From: Octopus sinensis
Lineage: Eukaryota
NCBI RefSeq assembly: GCF_006345805.1
Contig: NC_043003.1
Coordinates: 29,946,001-30,010,000, forward strand
DNA length: 64,000 nt
Reading direction: 5' to 3'
The notes beneath the pieces were generated by a model, which worked only from the letters and a program-made list of their open reading frames with translations, made no database searches and was not told where the DNA came from. A program made the position numbers and the translations under genes. Within the stretch, counting starts at the first letter, position 1; every line of letters begins with the position of its first letter. Positions 23,738 to 35,670 of this stretch are shown here, in pieces.

Positions 23738-25994
23738 GTTTACCACAAATGGGTTCTTTCATTATCATCATTGTTTTAATGTTTATTTGTCCATGCCTGC
23801 ATAGGTCAGGTGAAGCTTTGTTGGGACAGAGTTTTCTACAATCAGATACCCTTCCTTATGCCAACACCACCTATTTCCTGTCTTTTGGACAAACAACCTG
23901 AACGTGCTTATACAGAAAACTGGAAACAAATGAGACTTTTTTAATGAGCCTTTTGTTTACAAAGATTGCGCAACATGTCAGTATGCCTGGGCATACTTTT
24001 GTGATGAGCTACAAGCAAATGACACCATTTACATGAACAGAGAGGCCATTGTTTACAACCAACAAACACACTTGAAGATGAAGGGGAAATACAAACTCAC
24101 ACAAGCACACATACAGGAAGACGCATTATACCACAGGTTTCTTTTAGTTTCCATCTACCAAATCCACTTGCAAGGCTTTTATCGGCCTTGGGTTATAGAA
24201 GACACTCACTCAAGGTGCCACACAGTCATGCTTGTGCCTGTATGTGTGATGGACTTCTTTCAGCTTCCATCTACCAGATACATTCACCAGGCTGTAGCCA
24301 ATCGTGTGGCTAAAGGAAAAAGCTTGTAGCATAAGTCTGTAAGACTAGTTCACATCATTCAGTACACATGGTTGTATATATGGACAATACTGTATAAAAC
24401 GTTTGCTTGTGAGAAAACCTTCAACTGTAACAACAAATTGATGCTAGAAAGTATCAATTTTAGTGAGTTTTTTCCAAAAGTTGATTTTTAAAATTTCTTT
24501 TTGAAAATGCTATGACTAAAATGAGATAACATTTTTGTAGTATTGACAATCCCTCATAACTTAATAGCCTCCATCATTATCAAGATGAAAACAAAGCAAA
24601 TGTTTAATAACAATTTTTTCCTGGTGCAGTTTATTGTAAAATGTAAATTTCATTAAAAAAAATGTTTCATAATTATTATTATTATTTTAATTTTTGTTTC
24701 TGTCTTAATAAAGTTTGGATGGGCTAATAATACAATATCTGACCATGTTGTCATCTCATCTGTAATGCTTTGTGTGACACATTACTAATTCTTTCTTCTG
24801 AGGTCTTTTGATCTACTTTGTGCTATCACTTTATGTAATTCTTCTATTCAATATACATCATCCCATAATTATGGGTATCACTCTTGCTAGTGTAACCATA
24901 TCTCCTCCATGTATCTACTAATATCTTTCAGAATCTACCTGTGTGCAGCCTTTTCTTATGAGTTATCACTAAGAAACTCTCCTGGTAAAAGCATATCCTT
25001 AACATTGCGAGGATATCTTCCCCCAAATCAATCCTTCTCTTCAAGGCCAGAAAATATTTCAATCTCCAACAGCTGATGACTCTCTACAAGATTCAAGTGA
25101 GGTCTGCAGTGAAATACTGTGCCTAAATCTGGGATGGTACTGCTGCTACATACTGATCTTTTGGACCACATCTAGAGAAGTGCCACACAACTGACTAGCA
25201 TTCAATCACAAATGGACACACTCCAGCCTCTGGCTCACAAGTGTACTCTCTCTCCTCTCTGTCTTTGCTATCACTATTATAATAACCTCTGTTCCTTGAA
25301 GTTGGCTGGTATCATGCCTTCACCATTCAGGTATCCTCAACCCACCTCTTGTCACCATTGTTGCATCCAATACCCCCACCCCACCTCTTGTCACCATTGT
25401 TGCATCCAATACCCCCACCCCACCCCTAATGTCACACTAACCACTATTCCAAGTCCTTCCTTCCTACAACATTGGCTCACTGGAATCTTCTTGTTGTTCA
25501 TTATCTTTCCTGCAGTTGTTCACTCGACACAATTTAAACAGAATACTAATGGCATCAATCTCATTGGTCTCAGAAGCCTTACAAAAGTCATGGGCTCTGC
25601 CTCTTCCTCCAGACTCAGCAGGTAAAACAAAAATGAACATTACACAATAAACAGGCCATAATCAATTTCTCTTTTATTGGTGCAGACACTTCTACAAAAT
25701 ATTTCATACTGTCCTTAGTTTTACATAAGAGAAAACTTTTGTGTCCATTATTAGTGCTGGACTCCCACTAATATTTTCCACCCACCTATTTATAGCTCCA
25801 TCTACCATACTAATAACATAACTTAGTAAAACTTACCTTTTTCTGACGTTGATTTCTGAAAACTGAGCAGGTCACACGTTTCAATGAAAGGATGCAGCTT
25901 GTGCTGACTGTTACTCCACTGCATGACAAACAGTTGAAGTCCATTATCCTGCTTGCTTAGTAAAACTTACCACCTTTTTATAGTCTAGTACATT

Positions 25995-26300
25995 GTATTG
26001 GCTCTTCTTGAATACTGCAAAATGTCATTTATATGGCCATTATATTTGTGTTTTGCCTCTACTACTGGTCTGTTGTAGATCACTATTACTTGTCTATTGT
26101 AAGTCACTACTACTTGACCATTGTAGGTTACTATTGGTGTATTATAGATCATTGTTACTGGACCATTGTAGGTCAGTACTATTGAACTATTTTAAATCAC
26201 TAATACTGAACTCTTGTAGATCACAACTGGTCTGTTGTAGGTTGTTACTGTTCAACCATTGTAAACCTCTGCAATTATACTGTAGTAAGTCACTGCTATT
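25995..26300. repeat. Highly degenerate repeat of about 24 bp
   Basis: Recurring ctactactggtctgttgtagatca / ttactggaccattgtaggtca units. Confidence 0.6.
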
Positions 26301-28454
26301 TCTTTATATTCCATGAAGGTATTTTGGTGAGCCTATGAACTTTTCAGTCAACTCTTGCACAATAATTTTAGTGAACATTTTCATAAGTGGGATGCCTGTG
26401 AGATTCTCTTGGTATAGTAAATTGACTTTGACCAACAAAATCTTTTATATCTGGCAGATCCCCAACTCTACTGAGAATAAAGCAACTGACCATGTATGAA
26501 CACATTTGTTGTATTGTAAAGAAAGGAACTTATTTCAATTAAACAGAGAAAAACAGATATTTAGTCATAAGGTTTTCTTAATAGAAATTTAAAGAACAGA
26601 GGTTTATCCTTTTCTTTGTTTCCAAATAAACTTCTTTCAAAAGAATACATGCATGCACACAGAGATGAGGAGCACATTTGGTGAGAGAGAGATGAAAACA
26701 GAATATTGTTGCTTGCTTGACTTTGAGAAATTACATGTTAAGGATTCATTACATCATGTTCAATTATAAAATGAATTTGAAAATAGCTGCAAGAAAATAA
26801 TCATTCAATTTTGTAATGATTGAATGGAGGAAATGGATAGTGCCTGTTAGTCATCAAAGTTATTTGTGTATTGAATGAGATCAAGGTAAACACAATGGTA
26901 GATAGATATAGAGCATTTCTTATTGCAAAGTAACTTATTAAAATTTAACAGAGAAAAATAAATATTTGTAAGTTTTCTAAACAGAAATTTGAAGACAGGA
27001 GATTCATAATTTTCATTCTATTTTATAATAAACTTGCTTCTTCGATGAAATTTTCTATTGAAAATATCTCTGACAATTGAGAAATGTGAATGTGTGGTTG
27101 GCCTTTTTTTGTTGTTGGTCAGCAGTATTGCAAAGACAATAAGTTGACCATCTCTGCTGTGACTTGGCTGTTTCCAGAAACAAATGTCTAACCCCAAGTA
27201 CACTTACCACCTCTACACTCATGGATACACCATGAGCCAGTATCTTCCCAGCATCCATAGAACCACAGGGATGCTAGATATTGGTTAAGCATAACCTTAC
27301 ATATCTGCCTTATGATCGCTTCCTTCAGATTCTCTCCCTTAGCAGGGGCCTGTTATTATGACGGGCATAATTTCTGCTGAACCAGTCTCATTCTCCAAAC
27401 TTATATTAGCCAAGGGCAATGAGTGCCATGAACCCAGTAAGCAGTATGCAAGATTTGAATGGAGTTACCTCCTCTTAGATGAGTGAAAGAGTCTAATCTC
27501 CCCTAGGTTAGTTAGGTGTCTGTGAGTGACCTAGAGGTAATTTTAGGACATGCTGATTAACCTTTGACTGCGACCCTGTGTGTGTGTGCATGTATATATA
27601 TATATATACATAGTTATATTTTTCTAATGAAATATATAGATTACTTAGAAGTGCTCAAGTCAAACCTGAGACATTAGATATAAAAAAGAAAAAGTTCAGA
27701 TTAGGCAAACCTCTTTCAACATGTAGATTTGATCAAGATAAAATTCATCAAAATTAAAACATATATTAATATATCAAACATAGAAAAATTTAGGAATATT
27801 AAAAATATAAATATGAGTGTAGAAGCACAGTGATAATATAGTAAAAGATAAGAATATAGAAGATAGTGAAAAGTTAATAATTGGCATCTAATAAGGTTTC
27901 GGGTTACAATTTTAGGCGATAATATTCTGACAGCCATTTCTGGAGTTCATTCTTCTGGATAAAAAAAATGAATCTTGAAATCCATTTTGGAGAATGTCTC
28001 CATCAGGAAAAACAGTGATATTCATGGTAGATATGCACTCAGTGCATTGCCATGGGAGGAGGCAATCATGAGCTTATATAGAACAGGTTTATGTATGCAA
28101 ATAATGGAAATCTTTATGAGGGCTGATGGGAGTAAAAATTACATTACGTATGGAATTTATTGAAATTTATATTTGGTAATATATTGTTATAGGCAATAAG
28201 ATATTAAGTTGTGCAACTGAAATTACTGAGGCTAATTATTTAGTACATTCGGACTTATCTCATGAAAGTAGAGTAATATTTGTGATTACATGAATATATA
28301 GCATCAGAAAACTTATTTAATATAGTAGTATCATACAGATGAAGTATAGTGTAGGATTCTTTTATGTACATTCTACATCTACCCATAATCGTATTGAAGG
28401 TAGGGGCCTCATCTATAATAGACTGCATTTAAATTGATGTAATTTAAATTGATG

Positions 28455-29690
28455 CGTGTGTACGAACAGCCATGCTACATGGCAGCGAAACATGGGCTGT
28501 GACTGCTGAGGACATGCGTAAGCTCGTGAGGAATGAAGCCAGTATGCTCCGATGGATGTGTAATGTCAGTGTACATACTCGACAGAGCGTTAGCACCTTG
28601 AGAGAAATGTTGTACCTAAGAAGCATCAGTTGTGGTGTGCAAGAGAGACGATTGCGCTGGTATGGTCATGTGGCGAGAATGGATGAAGATAGGTGTGTGA
28701 GAAAGTGCCAATCCCTAGCAGTTGAGGGAACCCGTGGAAGAGGTAGACCCAGGAAAACCTGGGACGAGGTGGTGAAGCACGACCTTCGAACTTTAGGCCT
28801 CACTGAGGAAATGACCAGAGACCGAGACCTTTGGAAATATTCTGTACGTGAGAAGACCAGGCAGGACAAGTGAGCCCAGCCCACTTATGAATGCCTTTCC
28901 TCCCTTGGACACAAAGACCGGTTGAGGCAAGCGAAGTCGATATAGAACCTCATCCGACGACAGACACCCATCCCAACCCCCCATGCTTGCGAAGACATGT
29001 TGGGGCAAGCGAAATCGAAACCGAATTGAACCAGCCAGGATCCCTGGCCTGGTGGTACGTAAAAAGCACTATCCGACTCGGGGCCGTGGCACGTAAAATA
29101 CTCCAATGCGACCGTACGACAGGCACCCATGCCAACCCCCTTTGCTTGTGAAGACATGTTGGGGCAAGCGAAATCGAAATCGAATTGAACCAGCCAGGAT
29201 CCCTGGTCTGGTGGTACGTAAAGCACTATCCGACTCGTAGCCGTGGCACGTAAAATACTCCAATGCGACCGTACGACAGGCACCCTTGCCAACCCCCTTT
29301 GCTTGTGAAGACATGTTGGGGCAAGCGAAATCGAAATCGAATTGAACCAGCCAGGATCCCTGGTCTGGTGGTACGTAAAAAGCACTATCCGACTCGTGGC
29401 CGATGCCAGCACCGCCTCGACTGGCTTCCGTGCCGGTGGCACATAAAATACACCAATCTGACCGTGGCCGTTGCCAGCCCCGCCTGGCACCTGTGCAGGT
29501 GGCACGTAAAAAGCACCCACTACACTCACGGAGTGGTTGGCGTTAGGAAGGGCATCCAGCTGTAGAAACATTGCCAAATTAGACTGGAGCCTGGTGCAGC
29601 CTTCTGGCTTCCCAGAACCCCGGTCGAACCGTCCAACCCATGCTAGCATGGAGAACGGACGTTAAACGACGATGATGATGATGATGATGT
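28455..29690 (+). mobile_element. 5'-truncated RTE-clade LINE: RT C-terminus, long 3' UTR and (GAT)n tail
   Basis: LHGSETW...LRWYGHVARM...GTRGRGRPRKTWDEVV...DRDLW, stop at 28871-28873, ~158-bp tandem units at 28985-29405, tail at 29671-29689. Confidence 0.95.
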
Positions 29691-29769
29691 AATGATTGAA
29701 TTGTTCAACTAAATGGAGCCACTTGAAATGGTCTTACTGCATCACCTCTGGATATCCTGTTGCTTATTT

Positions 29770-29803
<34 letters not shown>

Positions 29804-30290
29804 GTATGTATACATGTATACGTTTGTGTATGTGGAAAGAGAGAGAGAGAGAAATGTATGTATACTTTTTATTTATAGGAAAATGAATATGTGAGCCAGC
29901 ATGATCTTCCCCACCTCCCCTTCCAAACCAAAATACATTTAATAAAACACTTCTATCAACAAATATTTTTATCAAAAGTCCTGTATCTTACACCTCATTA
30001 ACATTTCAATATATATATATATTAAATGTTAATGAGGTGTAAGATACATGTCTTTTGATTAAAATGTTTGTTCATATGTATTTTGGCTTGAGAGAGGAGG
30101 TGAGGAAGATCATGCTAGCTCACATATTCATTTCTCTATGAACAAAAAGTATATATACATTTCTCTCTCTCTACATACATACACACAAATACATGTATAC
30201 ATATACATACATACATACCTTTACATGTATATGCATACATACACACACACATACAAATGTACTCATACATATAAATACATACGCACCTAT

Positions 30291-30790
30291 ATCATGATCA
30301 TCATTTAATGTCCTTTGAATGGTTCAACTGGGGTCTGGAAAGTCAGGAGGCTGCACCAGGCTCTAATCTTATCTGGCAGTGTTTCTACAGCTGGATGCCC
30401 TTCCTAACACAAACCACTCCAAGTGTAGGGTGTGCTTCTTTTACATACCACTAGCACAGGGGCCAGAGGGGGTTGGTATCGATCATGATTGGATGGTGCT
30501 TTTTACATGTCACTGGCACGGGAGCCAGTCAAGGCGGCACTGGCATTGGCTATGTTCAGATAGTGTGTTTTGTCCAACGCAAATCACTGTCGACAATAAC
30601 ACCAGGTCACATGAAGACTTTTTGAGACTAGTGTTGTGGAGGGAGTAGGTGGACACTGGGTTTCTTCTCCCAAAATGCATGGTGGTACATTTGTCCACAG
30701 CCAGTCCATGATCCACTGCTGCATTGTGTCCAGGTGCTTTTTACATGTCACCAGCACAGGGACCACAAACTACAATTTCCATTTGATTTT
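30291..30790 (-). mobile_element. Older RTE 3' UTR fragment interrupted by a 172-bp insert at 30564-30735
   Basis: atcatcatttaatgtcc...ctggatgcccttcctaac...gtgctttttacatgtcac. Confidence 0.8.
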
Positions 30791-30796
30791 GATTTT

Positions 30797-31710
30797 AATA
30801 ATAATAATAATAATGAAATTATTGTATACAGTGCTCAGGTGCACCACAACTTGTCAGAAAGTGCATATAAAGTACATGCAGTAATGTAAAAATGTCTGGA
30901 ATGTATGAGTCAGATACATGCCTGTGTGTGTATGGAGGGGAGAAAATCAAGTGTAGTGTTGGCGAATCTCAGGAAGCATGGAAGTTTTGAAGGATGCAGT
31001 GCTCCAACAACTAACAACTGATGCCGGCAGCTTGTTCCATGCTTCAGCAACTCTCAGCGTGAAAAAATGTTTCCTGAAGTCATGGGAGCTGTGCTGTTTT
31101 CTTACTTTGTAAATATGTCCACGGGTGTTAGATGGGTGGAGTTTGAAAAGGCACTCAGAGTCACTGTTTGTACGATGGTTGATAATTTTATGGGTGTATG
31201 CCAAGTCAGCTGCCAGACGTCGGAGTTTCAATGTGTCCATGCCCAGGGAAGTAAGGCGTTCAGGATATGGCAAATGCCTGATGGAGGGTATTCTTTTGGC
31301 TGCACGTCGCTGAACAGCCTCCAGACGATTGATATCCTGGGCAAGATAGGGGTTCCAGACCGGTGATGCAAATTCCAAGTGAGGTCTTACCATAGCTATA
31401 TAAAGCCGCAGAGCGGCTCACAAAGGATTTGGTGAGTGATGCCAAGACACCCGCAGCTTTCTTGACAATTTTAGCGATGTGTTTTGTCCAACGCAAATCA
31501 CTGTCGACAATAACACCAGGTCACATGAAGACTTTTTGAGACTAGTGTTGTGGAGGGAGTAGGTGGACACTGGGTTTCTTCTCCCAAAATGCATGGTGGT
31601 ACATTTGTCCACAGCCAGTCCATGATCCACTGCTGCATTGTGTCCAGGTCTGCTTGCAATAGAGATCTATAGTGTACAGGATTTGACCTCTTTATTTTGA
31701 TATACTTGAC
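30797..31710 (-). mobile_element. CR1-like LINE 3' portion (RT thumb and C-terminus), frameshifted; same family as 19383-19894
   Basis: LQADLDTMQQW...KCTTMHFG...RPHLEFASPVWNPYL..DINRLEAVQRRAAKRIP; (TAA)n tail at 30797-30814. Confidence 0.92.
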
Positions 31711-32289
31711 TCAAAAGGTCTCCTCAAGCACAGCATGTTGCCCTACAATCCAAGGTAATTTTTTAGTGGGCTGGTTATGCATCACTGGTGTAGGTTACAG
31801 CTGTGAACTCACTTTATTTGCTGGGTCTTCTCGGTCACAGCATATCTCCAAAAGTCTCAGTCTTCCGTCATTGCCTGTGAGGCCAAATGTTTGAAGGTCA
31901 TACTTCACCACCTCATCCTATGTCTTCATGTGTCTCCTTCTACCCTGGATTCCTTTCACTGTTTGGGAGTGGCACTTCTTCACATAGCTCTCCTCATCCA
32001 TCCGTAGTACATGACTATACCAACACAAATATCACATCCAGATCACGCTAGCTTCATTTCTTTCGAGCCTACACATCTTCAGCAGTCATGGCCCATGTTT
32101 CACTGCCATGAAGCATGGCAGTTGGCACACATGCATCGTACAATTTACCTTTCACTCTGAGTGAGAGGCCTTTTGTCACCAGTTGGGGTAGAAGCTTTCT
32201 GAACTTTGCCCAAGCTATTCTTATTCTAGTGGTAACACTCTCTGAGCATCGACCCCCACTATAGACTTGGTCACCTAGGTAGCAGAAGC

Positions 32290-32775
32290 TATCAACTACT
32301 AGTTTCTTCCCCTGGCATGTAATGGAATCTGTTCAGTGTCTAAATTAGGTAGTTTGTAGTTGGGGTGCTTACAAGTGTAATCTACTGTTACCTTAATACT
32401 TTGGTGGATGGAGTTAGCTATTTGCTGGATGCTTTCCATGGTGCTAGCTTCTTGTAGAGGTGCTTTTGCTACTATGCTGATATTATCAACATAGTGGGAA
32501 TACATGGTTAAGGCTATGGAGCTCTCAGCTACGTAGTGAGGCTTCTATGACACCATACCATAAAGAATTTAGCTACATTGCCAGCGACCCTGACACCAAA
32601 GGCTACACCCTCTCCTTGGGTGTATATTTTGTTATTGAACTTGAACATGTGGCCCTTTAGTCTAACTTTGGTACTCACATCCACTTTATGTGATACCATT
32701 TTTCTCACTGATCATAGTTTTTGTGGGGTCCATATGGCTCTGGTCCACCTTTTTTTAAGGATCTTCTTGGCCATT
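32290..32775 (-). mobile_element. Degenerate Penelope-like reverse-transcriptase core
   Basis: Manual translation: HMFKFNNKIYTQGEGVAFGVRVAGNVAKFFMVW (motif B'), then YSHYVDN (YVDD-like) and IANSIHQSIKVTVDY...KLPNLD. One frameshift. Confidence 0.75.
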
Positions 32776-34410
32776 GTTATAGTGAGAAAATAAAGAAGGC
32801 AGGGTGACTGAAGTGACAGTGTGATTGAGAGAAAAGGAGACACATTGCAAGAAAGAATAATGAAAGAGGCAGTAATAGCAGAGGGGAATGAGGCAGTAGT
32901 AATGGAGAATAATGGGAGAGAATAAATGATGGATAATCATAAAATAGTCAGTGGTGAGAGTATGATGGATGACAATAATGAATGATCTGAGGAGAGAGAG
33001 GGAGTGGAGACTAACAATATAGAATGGTAATGTTAGTTGGTAAGAGAAGGCATGGTTGATAAAGTATTCAAGCTGGCAATGGAAACCTGAGAAATAGGGA
33101 GTGGAAACTGGGGGAGTGAGGCATATAAGATCTGATGCAATCCATCATTAATTAAGCATTGTGATAAGAGGGAAGCACCAGATGCTGATGAGAGAGATGT
33201 ACGCAATAGATTTCAATGAAAGCAACACAAGAAGGTATTATCAGCTAGTAAGAGAGCAACAAATATCAACTGATGGATGACCTGAGATAGAGAGAGCAAT
33301 TTGCTAGCAATATGTGTAGGAGTGTATAAGATGTTAAGAGCTAAAGCAATCAATCCCTCATTACTCAAGCAACTTGATAAAAGGAGGAGCAGAAAGACAG
33401 AGATGGTGGTAAAAGTGGCAATTGAGTATGAGTAAAGTTACTGCTTTTCTTATTCATGAATGGCAAGGAACAGTGAATAAGGGAAAGAGAACAGAGAGAT
33501 GTGAGGGTGTCAGATAAGAAAGAAGAACAGTATGTGGAGATTCAACGGGTGCAAAATAGGGGAAAAGCATAGTTTTAGGTAATATATAATCCAAAACTAC
33601 CTCAACTTTTAATGTATATTTTATCATGTTTGCATGGGTGGTCATGTTTTTTCCAGCATCACATACTGCCATCCATTAGCATACATGCAAAAATATACAT
33701 TGCATATATGTATTTATGTATGTACATATGCATGCATGACATAAAACCTGTGGTCAAAATAGTACTAGTCATCTTGTAATGCTTGTCACTGGACCCTACT
33801 AAGGACCTATAGAGTAGCAATAGTGTTGTGCAAGCTTTTATTACTTAAGTCTAATGACATATAGATGTCTCACTATCATTTCATTTTTTGATTCATTTTG
33901 AATGATGGATGCATGACTGAAAGGTCATATCTATGCACATGTAAGGATAAAAGTAAATCAGAACAATCAGGCTGAATGCATGATGGCTATCATCATATAC
34001 ATTGTAATGATGTTTATCCGTATAGCACGTAATACAATATTGATTGGCTTCTCAGTATCAAAATCTACATCAACAGGTTTCAGATTAGAAATGTCTGATT
34101 TGGCATGTTAATTATTGCAGGAAGAAATGAAAATAGTTTTAATAAATAATTAGAAATATCGTATATGCTGAACAAGAATTAAAAAAAAAGAAAATACATC
34201 TAAATCCATTTTCCAATAATTCTTTTTATTAGAAATCTAAGTCTTCTACACAAACCTTTTTCTATAGTGGCTTAAGTATTTTATTGCGCAAAAAAACCCC
34301 AAAAACATCCATTTTGAATTTCTCTAAGGATTACTCTTTCATTTTTTTGTTTACTGTGCAACTTTATGTAACTTTTTAAGCTACTTTTTTGAGTAAATGA
34401 TTTACCACAG

Positions 34411-34458
34411 ATCATCATCATTTAACGCCCGTTTTCCATGCTAGCATGGGTTGGACGG
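34411..34458 (-). mobile_element. 48-bp RTE 3' end inserted in a zinc finger
   Basis: atcatcatcatttaacgcccgttttccatgctagcatgggttggacgg, lying between the DI and CGK codons. Confidence 0.85.
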
Positions 34459-35172
34459 AGAGATATCAAAGTGATATGGTTTCTCACTTGTGTGAGTAGC
34501 TAAATGACCATACTGAGTGAATGTTTACCACAATGATATGGTCTTTCACCAGTGTGTGTATATCTATGATTAGTTAAAATACAATTCTGAGAGAAGGACT
34601 TGCCACAGATATCACAGTGGTATGGTTTTTCAGCTGTATGCATTTGCATGTGAATGGCTATATCACCTTTCCAACAAAATGCTTCACTACATACTTCACA
34701 ATGATAAGGTTTTTCACCTATGTGTAATCATATGTGACAATTTCAAGAAAAACTTTTGCCACAAATATTACAATGATATTGTCTCTTTTATGCAAACCTT
34801 TGTGACCACTCCAAGAGATGTTTTTACCACAGATATCACAGTGATATAGTTTCTCACCTGTATGAATATATCTGCGATGAGTTAAATGACTGCTGTGAGA
34901 AAATGCTTTACCACAAATTTTACAAGAATATGGTCTTTCTCCAGTGTGAACACACTCGTGACTTGTTAATCCACCAATCCGAGAGAATGATTTACCACAA
35001 ATATCACAGTAATATGGTTTCTCTTGTGTATGGATTCGTTTGTGACAATTTAAACTGCTCAACTGAGAGAATAATTTCCCACAAATATCACAATAGTATG
35101 GTTTCTCATCTGTGTGAACCTGCATGTGGCTAATTAAACGAACCTTTAGAGTATATGATTTACCAGAGACAT

Positions 35173-35670
35173 CCTTGTGGCCTATGCCAGGGGTGTAACC
35201 AGCCCACTTATGCATACCTTCCCTTCATTGGATACTGCTTGCGAAGACCTGTTGAGGCAAGTGAAATCGAAATCAAATTAGATGACTGGCATTCGTGCTA
35301 GTAGAGCACTAAGAGCACCATCTGAGTGTGATCGTTGCCAGAGTGGCTAACTGGCATCCATGCCGGTGGCATGTAAAAAGCACCATTCGAGCGTGATCGT
35401 TACCAGTGTCAACTTACTGGCACTTGTGCCCGTGTGCAGATGGCATGTAAAAAAAAGACCATTTGTGCATGGCCGTTGCCAGTACCACCTGACTGGCCCT
35501 CGTGCAGGTGTAGTAAAAGCACCCTCTACACTTTCGGAGTGGTTGGCATTAGGAAGGGCATCCAGCTGTAGAAACTCTGCCAGATCAAGACTGGAGCCTG
35601 GTTCGCCAGTCCTCAGTCAAATCGTCCAACCCATGCTAGCAATGGAAAGCAGACATTAAAGGATGATGAT
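35173..35670 (+). mobile_element. RTE 3' UTR of about 500 bp inserted in the zinc-finger pseudogene
   Basis: ccagcccacttatgcatacc...ggcattaggaagggcatccagctgtagaaac...ggatgatgat. Splits the YFCD/VSGKS codons. Confidence 0.88.

Noticed and set aside
24780-25200. Protein-like minus-strand frame suggesting a pseudogene
   Set aside because: Stop density is about what random AT-rich DNA gives, and no motif was recognisable.
28435-29693. 9-bp TSD tgatgtaat for the RTE copy
   Set aside because: It overlaps the (GAT)n tail and a local duplication at the 5' junction, so it cannot be told apart from chance.
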